From: Bdellovibrionales bacterium
GTDB lineage: Bacteria > Bdellovibrionota > Bdellovibrionia > Bdellovibrionales > UBA1609
Length of the DNA: 64,000 nucleotides
Assembly (NCBI GenBank): GCA_965203095.1
Contig: OZ241877.1
Location: 1,152,001 to 1,216,000 of the forward strand
Direction of reading: 5' to 3'
Position numbers and translations under genes: made by a program. The notes beneath the pieces are model-generated. The model was not told the origin of the DNA and searched no databases. It worked only from the letters and a program-made list of their open reading frames with translations. Every line of letters begins with the position of its first letter. The first letter of the stretch is position 1. Shown here in pieces: positions 56,941-64,000 of the stretch.

Positions 56941-58287
56941 AGGGGTAGGGTATTTTTCGTCAAAACAGGCCAAACAAAATTCTTTATTCCCCCCCGCTTT
57001 GATCAGGCTCTCGTAAGAGAGATAAGCTAAAGAGTCCGCCCCGATGAATTTTCTAACCTCCTCAACCCCTTTACGGTGAGAGAGCAGTTGTTTTTTTTGA
57101 GGAGTATCTACACCATAATGACAAGGCCCTCTAATAGGGGGGGAAGAGACACGAAGATGAATCTCCTTAGCCCCTCCGGCCCGCAAAATTTCCACCAAAG
57201 CTTTTGAAGTGGCCCCCCTTACAATAGAATCATCAATAGCCACTACTTTTTTGCCTTTAACTAAAGAAGAAAGCGGGTTGAGTTTGATTTTGACTTTAAA
57301 ATTTCTCACTGTAGGGGATGGATGTATAAAAGTCCTCCCTATATAATGATTGCGGATAATGCCCATCTCATAAGGAAGACGCATCTCCCGGGCATAGCCA
57401 ATAGCTGAAGGGACGCCACTGTCTGGAACTGGAATCACCATATCTGCGGAAACAGGATGTTCCTTAGCTAAATACTCTCCCATCTTTTTTCGCCTCTCAT
57501 AAACATTTTGATCAAAAACTAAACTGTCCGGGCGGGAAAAATAAACATACTCAAAAATGCATTGTGCTTTTCTCCGGGCTGGAGGCAGAAAAAACGATTT
57601 TAAACCTTTTTTATTGATAAGCAAAATCTCCCCAGCAGAAACTTCACGAAGATAGCGAGCACCTATCAGATCCAAAGCACAAGTTTCAGACGCCACAATA
57701 TAAGCCGAATCTTTTACACCCAAAACCAAAGGGCGAAAGCCTCTGGAATCTCTAACAGCAATTAAAGAATCTTTTGTCAGCAGGACAAAACTAAAAGCTC
57801 CTTCTAACAGAGGCAGACATTTTAACAAGATAGATTCCACAGGCTGATTTTTACCTGCAAAATGGGCCATAAGAGGGAATAGGCATTCTGTATCGTTGTC
57901 GGCTTTAAAAGCTTTTTGGTTTTTTAAAAACCTTTTTTTCAGAACATGATGGTTGACGATATTCCCATTATGAGCTACTGAAATAGGCCCAAAGCTCAAT
58001 TCACGAGTTAAAGGTTGAATGTTTTTGAGTTTGTCCCCACCAGTAGTGGAGTATCTATTATGCCCTATGGCCGATAAACCTTTTAAAGACTTCAACTTTT
58101 CTTTTGTGAAAATATCCCCTACCAAGCCACGATCTTTATGGGATAGGTGCCGGCCCCGGAGGAGAGAGACAATACCTGCCCCCTCCTGCCCTCTGTGTTG
58201 CAGAGCATACAAAGACAGATAAGTTAAAAAAACAGCGGAGGGATGATTCCATACCCCCACCACAGCACATTTGTCATTAAAACCCAT
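56929..58287 (-). CDS. purF: Amidophosphoribosyltransferase
   Basis: Propeptide then CAVVG, LQHRGQE, GHNRYST, AHNGN, CIFEYVYFSRPDS, IDDSIVRG. Confidence 0.97.
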   Translation of the reverse strand: MGFNDKCAVVGVWNHPSAVFLTYLSLYALQHRGQEGAGIVSLLRGRHLSHKDRGLVGDIFTKEKLKSLKGLSAIGHNRYSTTGGDKLKNIQPLTRELSFGPISVAHNGNIVNHHVLKKRFLKNQKAFKADNDTECLFPLMAHFAGKNQPVESILLKCLPLLEGAFSFVLLTKDSLIAVRDSRGFRPLVLGVKDSAYIVASETCALDLIGARYLREVSAGEILLINKKGLKSFFLPPARRKAQCIFEYVYFSRPDSLVFDQNVYERRKKMGEYLAKEHPVSADMVIPVPDSGVPSAIGYAREMRLPYEMGIIRNHYIGRTFIHPSPTVRNFKVKIKLNPLSSLVKGKKVVAIDDSIVRGATSKALVEILRAGGAKEIHLRVSSPPIRGPCHYGVDTPQKKQLLSHRKGVEEVRKFIGADSLAYLSYESLIKAGGNKEFCLACFDEKYPTPLRF

Positions 58288-58319
58288 AAACTGATCCTCT
58301 TAAAGGTTGGGGGGAAATA

Positions 58320-60473
58320 TTAAACAATATAACCTTCCCATGGTTTAAAATATTGAGCTTTCATTTCCTCATAAGAGATGGCCTCACCTTGCAAAACTAA
58401 AAAAGGTTCGGCTTGAGTTTCCCCCATAAAATCCCAATTTAAAGCCCATCTATCTAAAGCCCATTTAAAGCTTTTTTCCTGTTCCTTTGGAACAGAAACC
58501 ACTGCCTCATAAAGCCTCCCTTCCCAAATGTCAAAGGGAAAGCTTTTTGCCAAAACAAAACCTACCCCTCGCTCTAAAACCATGCGAGCCAAAGTGTTTG
58601 CTAAACCCCTCTTGCCTACCATCCGTGCACTGGAAAAACAGCCTTCCTCTGCCATCCCCTTCAACTGTTGAACAAAGCCATTCAATAAGGGATCTTGAAG
58701 AGCACCATAAGCTGTTTTTTCCCTTTTAAAACTCTCAGTGGGACTAACTACAGGGAAAAAAAACTGATGAGAACTTAACAAATACACCTGCTCTTTTGGC
58801 TGGTGAAATCCTGCCGGGGCTAAACTCTGGTGGCTTTCCTTCAAACCAATCATGGCAATGGCTGGTGTGGGGGTAATGCTCCTTCCTTGGCTTTCATTAT
58901 AAAAACTCACATTTCCGCTCACAATGGGAGTATCTAAAACCTCACAGGCTTTGGCTATGGATTCGACAGATAAAACAAACTCTCCCATAGCCTCTTTTTT
59001 TTCTGGATTGCCAAAATTCAAGCAGTCGGTGAGGGCCCAAGGCTGAAAACCCCTTAAAGCCAACTGTAGAGCCGGGTAAAACACAGCATCTTTAGCTCCT
59101 TGCTCAACATCCAATGCCATTAAATAAGAAGAGCCTGCCACAGTGAGAGCTAACTCCCTTCCGCTTTCTAACAAGCGAACAACAGCTATAGGGTAAGAAG
59201 AGTCTTTAAGAGTTTGAGTGCCTACCCTTTGATCATATTGACGATAAATAAATTGCCGGCTGACTCCCTCCGGCTGGGCCAGCATTTTTAAAAGGCTGGC
59301 TTTAACTTTTTTTGCTTGTCGCCATTCATTAGGGCAAAGCCTTTTTACTGGCGATGGGATAACATAAGGGCGGTTTTCTATAGGTGCTTTGCGGATCCAA
59401 AACTGAGGGTCTGTTTTGAGTATTCGTTCTCCTTGCCAAAAAATTTCCAGCTCTTTTTGATTTAAAATTTTTCCTAAAATGCAAATTTCCAGCCCATAAT
59501 CTTCAAATAACTTTTTTAAATTTTCCCAATGGCGAGGAGGGCAAATAAAAAGCAGTCGCTCTTGACTCTCTGAAAGCAAAATATCCCCCGGTTGTAAGCT
59601 TTGATCTCTTAAAGGGACCCGATCCAAGTGCAAGCTCAGGCCAAGCCCTCCTTTATCCGCCATTTCAAAACTGGAGCAAGCCAGACCCGCGGCCCCCATA
59701 TCTTGACAAGCTGTGATCCAAGCTCTCTTCATAGCCAAAAGGCTGGCCTCCATAAGTTGTTTGCCAAAAAAAGGATCTCCTATTTGAATTGTAGGTCGGA
59801 AAGATTTTTTCTCCCCCTCAAAAGAGCGACTGGCCATATCTGCCCCTAAAATCCCATCCCTTCCAGTGGAAGAGCCGGCGTAAACTACATAATTTCCCAC
59901 ACCTTTAGCCTTGGCACTCATAGCTTTGGTTTGAGAGCCTAAATAGCCTAAGGCCATGGCATTAACTAAAATGTTATGGTTGTAGGAGGGAGAAAACTCT
60001 GTTTGGCCTGTAATTGTGGGAATGCCCATACAGTTGCCGTAATCTCCAATACCACGGACCACGCCATCAACAAGGCCGGAGGAGATCTGAGCCTTAGGAT
60101 CTCCAAAACAGAGATAATTTGCCAAAGCGATGGGTCGGGCATTCATGGCGAAAATATCCCTCAAAATGCCTCCTACACCTGTTGTCGCCCCATGATAAGG
60201 AGTAATAAAAGAGGGGTGGTTGTGGCTCTCCATTTTAAAGCAAACTCTCTCCCCTTGCCCAAGATCGACAATGCCAGCCTGCTCAGCTTTTCCTGAAACC
60301 TTTTTTCTTGTAGGGAAATCCAATTTTTTAAGATGAGGGCGGGAACTTTTATAAGAGCAATGCTCATTCCACAGGGCCAAAGCCAAAACGACCTCCAAAT
60401 TTTTAGGGGGACGGCCTAAAAGGCTCTTTAGTTTTTGATGATCGGCAGGGGGAAGGCGGTATTTTTTCATCAT
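58320..60473 (-). CDS. purL: Phosphoribosylformylglycinamidine synthase, small-type PurL
   Basis: WNEHCSYKSS, KMESHNHPS, GATTGVGGILRD, QDMGAAG, SESQER, DCLNFGNP, SGNVSFYN. Confidence 0.96.
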   Translation of the reverse strand: MMKKYRLPPADHQKLKSLLGRPPKNLEVVLALALWNEHCSYKSSRPHLKKLDFPTRKKVSGKAEQAGIVDLGQGERVCFKMESHNHPSFITPYHGATTGVGGILRDIFAMNARPIALANYLCFGDPKAQISSGLVDGVVRGIGDYGNCMGIPTITGQTEFSPSYNHNILVNAMALGYLGSQTKAMSAKAKGVGNYVVYAGSSTGRDGILGADMASRSFEGEKKSFRPTIQIGDPFFGKQLMEASLLAMKRAWITACQDMGAAGLACSSFEMADKGGLGLSLHLDRVPLRDQSLQPGDILLSESQERLLFICPPRHWENLKKLFEDYGLEICILGKILNQKELEIFWQGERILKTDPQFWIRKAPIENRPYVIPSPVKRLCPNEWRQAKKVKASLLKMLAQPEGVSRQFIYRQYDQRVGTQTLKDSSYPIAVVRLLESGRELALTVAGSSYLMALDVEQGAKDAVFYPALQLALRGFQPWALTDCLNFGNPEKKEAMGEFVLSVESIAKACEVLDTPIVSGNVSFYNESQGRSITPTPAIAMIGLKESHQSLAPAGFHQPKEQVYLLSSHQFFFPVVSPTESFKREKTAYGALQDPLLNGFVQQLKGMAEEGCFSSARMVGKRGLANTLARMVLERGVGFVLAKSFPFDIWEGRLYEAVVSVPKEQEKSFKWALDRWALNWDFMGETQAEPFLVLQGEAISYEEMKAQYFKPWEGYIV

Positions 60474-60589
60474 TTTGAACCAATAATGACTGTTATATCG
60501 CTCAAACGGGAATTTTCAAGGCAGGAATCCACATTTTCACTTGCATTCCTTTAGATTTGAGCTTAAACTTCTAAAAATAGGAGTTTTTT

Positions 60590-60778
60590 ATGGGGCCTTC
60601 TTTTTGGCAAATTCTCATTTTGGTTGTGATTGTCCTCTTTATTTTTGGCCCTAAGCGGATACCAGGCTTAGGCAAATCCCTTGGGGAAGCCATTAGAGGC
60701 TTTAGAAAGGGCATCAATGAAGACGACAAAACAGCTGAAAAAAAGGAGGATGACAAATCCTCTGATAAAAAAGCCTGA
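60590..60778 (+). CDS. tatA: Twin-arginine translocase TatA/TatE
   Basis: TM helix then [30 protein letters not shown]. Confidence 0.95.
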   Translation: MGPSFWQILILVVIVLFIFGPKRIPGLGKSLGEAIRGFRKGINEDDKTAEKKEDDKSSDKKA

Positions 60779-60782
60779 GTTT

Positions 60783-61805
60783 TTAACCTCTTTTACGGGT
60801 TTTTAATGCTTTTATAAGGTGATGAATGTAATCATAGATACCGGGATAGGAAAGCTCTCCGGCAGATTGCCTTAAAAGTTTAAAGGTGGGCAAAATATAC
60901 TTTAAGTGAGAACTTTTTTGATTCAAGTTTTTAAAAGCGGCAAATCGGCCACAGGCTTTAAAGCCTCTTTGTAAAAACTGCAACTTGACCATCTGCTCCA
61001 CACGAGATAAAGAACCCACTATTTTTTTTAAACCTGTGGGAAGATTTTCAAAATAAAAAAGAAGAAGTTGGTTTCTGCTATAAGAGCTGAGCGGGACATA
61101 ACTATCATACAATAAACTGGCCAGATCATAAAACCAGGGACCCCTTCCAGCATCTTGAAAATCAATTAAAAAAACTTTTTTGTTTTTCAACATAAGATTT
61201 CGGCTGTGAAAATCCCTATGGCAGTAAACATAATCCTTTGTTGAGAATTTTAAAAGAATCTTTTCCATATCTTTTTTAAAAGGCAAGATAAGGGAGGGGT
61301 CCGGTTGAGGCTTTTTCAAAATATAGATTTGCAAATGATGGATAGCTTTATCTAATTCCTTTAAAAAAAATTTTTTATCAAATAGAGGATCAGAAAAAAG
61401 CAAGCGAACACTGCTTTGGATCCGTATCAGTTGACTTAAAGTCTGATGATAAAAAGGCCAGCTGTTTTTTTCCCCTTTTTGAAAAAAAAATTGCTGAAAA
61501 CTTTGAGATCCCAGATCTTCTAAGAGAAGTAAGCCCAGTGCAGTGTCTTTATAATAAATTTTAGGGGTATTAGCAAAAATGCTCAGCCTTTTCCGGATAT
61601 TTATAAATTTCTTTAGGCTAAGATCCTCTTTCCCGCAAGACATTAGCATAGCTGTTTTTTTTTTCGATTGGACACGAGTATAAAGCCTGTGCCCTCCATC
61701 TCCTTGGATTTTTTCTTTTTTTAAGTTTTGCGGAGAGGAAAAGCCTTTTTTTAAAAAATTATTCCGTTCCTGTCGGTTAGCAAAATGAAGTTTCATATCT
61801 GTCAA
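60783..61805 (-). CDS. Aminoglycoside phosphotransferase family, AmgK-like MurNAc/GlcNAc kinase
   Basis: GDGG.R.Y.R, LLEDLG, HRDFHSRNLM, IDFQDA..GP..YDLASLL.D. Confidence 0.85.
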   Translation of the reverse strand: MTDMKLHFANRQERNNFLKKGFSSPQNLKKEKIQGDGGHRLYTRVQSKKKTAMLMSCGKEDLSLKKFINIRKRLSIFANTPKIYYKDTALGLLLLEDLGSQSFQQFFFQKGEKNSWPFYHQTLSQLIRIQSSVRLLFSDPLFDKKFFLKELDKAIHHLQIYILKKPQPDPSLILPFKKDMEKILLKFSTKDYVYCHRDFHSRNLMLKNKKVFLIDFQDAGRGPWFYDLASLLYDSYVPLSSYSRNQLLLFYFENLPTGLKKIVGSLSRVEQMVKLQFLQRGFKACGRFAAFKNLNQKSSHLKYILPTFKLLRQSAGELSYPGIYDYIHHLIKALKTRKRG

Positions 61806-61827
61806 TGCACCTTGTCCTATCAGTGTT

Positions 61828-63567
61828 TTACAAAGTATCTACCTCTTCAAACTCTTCTAACTCAGTATCTGGTTCTTCCTCATCATCTAATTTCCCCTCT
61901 AACTCCTCACCTAAGCCTTCATCTGAATTTTCATCCTCATTTGTGCTTTCAAAATCTTTCACTAAATCTTCATCTTCTTCCTTTCCTTTATCTTCTTCAC
62001 CTTCTTCTTCCATTAGCTCATCCTCCTCTTCTGGCTCATTTTCTATTGGTTCATCATCTTCCATTTTTTGAAACTCATCTAATAACTCTTTATCTAATTC
62101 CTCTTCCTCATCTGTAGGCTCTTCGGAATCTTTATCTTCTATCTCTTCAAAATCCTCCCCTAAGCTCTCTTCTTCTATAGATTTTTCCTCTTCTTTTTCT
62201 TCTTCTTTCTCAGGGACCTCTTCAAAATCAATTAAAAGATCTTGGCCTTGTTTTAAACTTTCATCCTCTTCAATTGTTTCATGCTCCAGGGACTGGCTAA
62301 GATCTTCCATTCGACCTGATTCCCCAGTAAAGCTGTCTCCCACATAAATTTTGTCTTTAGATGAAATGATAATACCTGTAGAGGTATTTCCCGCACTATG
62401 GATAATTTTTAACTTTCCAAGAAGAGGGCTATCATAATGATATGGCCTTCTAAAAAGTTGGGAGGGGTTGGCCTCTCCTCGGATGTAAAAAATATCTTCT
62501 TTCTGAAGGCCATCGTTTATCCCTCTATTAAGATAGACAATGGAGCCGAGGCTAAGCAAAACTTGCTGTTTATAAAATGAACCTACAATTGAGCCTTTAG
62601 CAGAACCTATTTGCCCTTTTTGAGAAAAGTTATAAACCTGAGGTGGGCCTTCAAAAAGCAAATCACCTGGAGAGATGCTTTCCATAGCAAAAACCACATG
62701 AGCTGAATATAAAGAATCTTCTCCTTGGATATAGGATAAAATTTTAATTTTCCCTTTGATTACTATTTCATCTTCATTTAAGCCGGTAAAAAATTTCAAA
62801 AGGCTGGCAACACGCCCTCTGTTTTCAAATACAGTGTATACAGATCCTATGGAGATTTGGCTGTCTATTTTGACAATAATTGGTTCTCCCCCTAAGCCTA
62901 TAAACTCTCCATAGCCATCTTTGCTAATCACTTCTCCCGCCACGGTAGGAGGGCTATCCGTTAAATAGGAGGGGATAATATGCTCCTTTGTGATTTCCAC
63001 AGTTTGAAGTTTGCTGATGTCTATACTACTGTGAAAGGGTTTAAATTCCTCCAGTTGAGGAAGAGATGAGGGAATTTCCTCTGCTGGGAGGGCACCTCGT
63101 GAAAAGGGATTTTCCGGGATATTAAGGCCAGGGAATTGAGATTGAATATCCACACTGTATTTTGAAACAGCCACTTGAGACAGTGCCTGAATATCAAATT
63201 TGATCTTGTTCCCTTGATAAATTAAATGAGGATTTTCCACATCAGGGTTGGCCACCCACATTTTTGACCAGTAAAGAGGATTTTTAAAAAAAGAACGGCT
63301 CAAATCCCAAAAGTTGTCACGCCATTTCAGCTTATATCTTGATGGCAAAGTCTGAATCCTCTGACTCCAATCGCTGTGAGAGATAGGCTCTTTATAATGT
63401 TTTAAATAAATTTTGTGCAAACGGTCTTCATAAGCCAGATCATCCTCTGAAACATTCTTTAAAATATCTTCTGAAGTATCTTCTGAAATATCTTCTGAAA
63501 CGGCTAAGCTCAATCTCACCAAAGCCAAACTAAAAAAAATAAGAATATAAAACTGCTTGTTCATCAA
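61828..63567 (-). CDS. Exported LysM protein (TsaP-like) with a long acidic C-terminal tail
   Basis: Signal peptide; DNFWDLS..FF.NP.YW..MW.ANP.VENPHLIY.G LysM signature; VYLNRG..DGL domain; Asp/Glu-rich tail. Confidence 0.8.
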   Translation of the reverse strand: MMNKQFYILIFFSLALVRLSLAVSEDISEDTSEDILKNVSEDDLAYEDRLHKIYLKHYKEPISHSDWSQRIQTLPSRYKLKWRDNFWDLSRSFFKNPLYWSKMWVANPDVENPHLIYQGNKIKFDIQALSQVAVSKYSVDIQSQFPGLNIPENPFSRGALPAEEIPSSLPQLEEFKPFHSSIDISKLQTVEITKEHIIPSYLTDSPPTVAGEVISKDGYGEFIGLGGEPIIVKIDSQISIGSVYTVFENRGRVASLLKFFTGLNEDEIVIKGKIKILSYIQGEDSLYSAHVVFAMESISPGDLLFEGPPQVYNFSQKGQIGSAKGSIVGSFYKQQVLLSLGSIVYLNRGINDGLQKEDIFYIRGEANPSQLFRRPYHYDSPLLGKLKIIHSAGNTSTGIIISSKDKIYVGDSFTGESGRMEDLSQSLEHETIEEDESLKQGQDLLIDFEEVPEKEEEKEEEKSIEEESLGEDFEEIEDKDSEEPTDEEEELDKELLDEFQKMEDDEPIENEPEEEDELMEEEGEEDKGKEEDEDLVKDFESTNEDENSDEGLGEELEGKLDDEEEPDTELEEFEEVDTL

Positions 63568-63714
63568 GAAATCCGACTATAAAAGAACCTTTAATCTTAT
63601 TTTCTATGTTTTACGCTAATAGTCAAAATTCATAATCCTAAAAAAATTGTTTAAACAGACGAAAGTCCAAGTAAAAACGCTCCATTGGGAATCTTTTTTG
63701 CATGAGAAATAGGT

Positions 63715-64000
63715 ATGGCATTTTGGGCATTTTTTGGGATCCTGTTTGTTTGCCTCTCCGGTGGGCTGGCTTTTTGGGATCTGTCATCGATGGCTGAGGA
63801 GTTGCATTTTCTTTGCTTAAAAAAGCTGAGTTGGGAAAGCTCTATGACTGATATTTATAAATCCCTTGTTTGTGGAAAAAGACTGCCTGAGGGCCAACTC
63901 AAAGGGCTTTTTATTCAAGGAGGCTTGATTCATCTGACTGTGGTTTCCGGGGCCCACTTGCTTTTTTTAGAAAAATTTTGGAAAAAACTCCCCTTGCCTG
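63715..64000 (+). CDS. comEC: ComEC/Rec2 competence protein, N-terminal part (runs off the window; not in the ORF track)
   Basis: My translation from ATG 63715: MAFWAFFG...SLVCG...F.QGGLIHLTVVSGAHL, matching the ComEC H...VSG.H motif. Confidence 0.8.
   Translation, partial: MAFWAFFGILFVCLSGGLAFWDLSSMAEELHFLCLKKLSWESSMTDIYKSLVCGKRLPEGQLKGLFIQGGLIHLTVVSGAHLLFLEKFWKKLPLP

Noticed and set aside
615..60756. Numerous short ORFs overlapping recognised genes (e.g. 3048-3437, 18324-18773, 23638-23982, 34989-35390, 44581-44952)
   Set aside because: Lie antisense or out of frame within well-supported genes, with no motifs or RBS
61785..62117. Ser-rich and His/Leu-rich plus-strand ORFs
   Set aside because: Antisense shadows of the GAA/GAG/GAT-rich acidic tail

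Overview
AT-rich, tightly packed bacterial chromosome segment. Gene content and protein style suggest a reduced Bdellovibrionota-like organism (inference, not verified). Mostly housekeeping: class Ia ribonucleotide reductase, murE, prpD, fliA/fliL, menF/menD, tRNA-Arg(UCU), nfeD/slipin, nadK, a dcw fragment (murB-ddl-ftsQ-ftsA-ftsZ), Sua5, TonB receptor, TamA/TamB-like pair, efp, ruvC/ruvA, purL/purF, tatA, amgK-like kinase, TsaP-like LysM protein and a partial comEC. Three defence-like units sit inside or against host transcription units. (1) An ABC-type ATPase + PIN nuclease pair splits the nfeD-slipin operon and is bounded by a 9-bp direct repeat; this is the best candidate for an undescribed system. 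(2) A type III R-M locus (mod-rhuM-res) lies between murB and ddl. (3) An AAA+/DUF4143-like ATPase-nuclease has a promoter built from a 31-bp palindromic tandem array. Intergenic regions carry at least three families of short dispersed MITE-like repeats. FtsZ lacks its usual C-terminal core peptide, and the flagellar operon appears collapsed to fliL-fliA. All family assignments come from motif recognition by eye; no searches were run.
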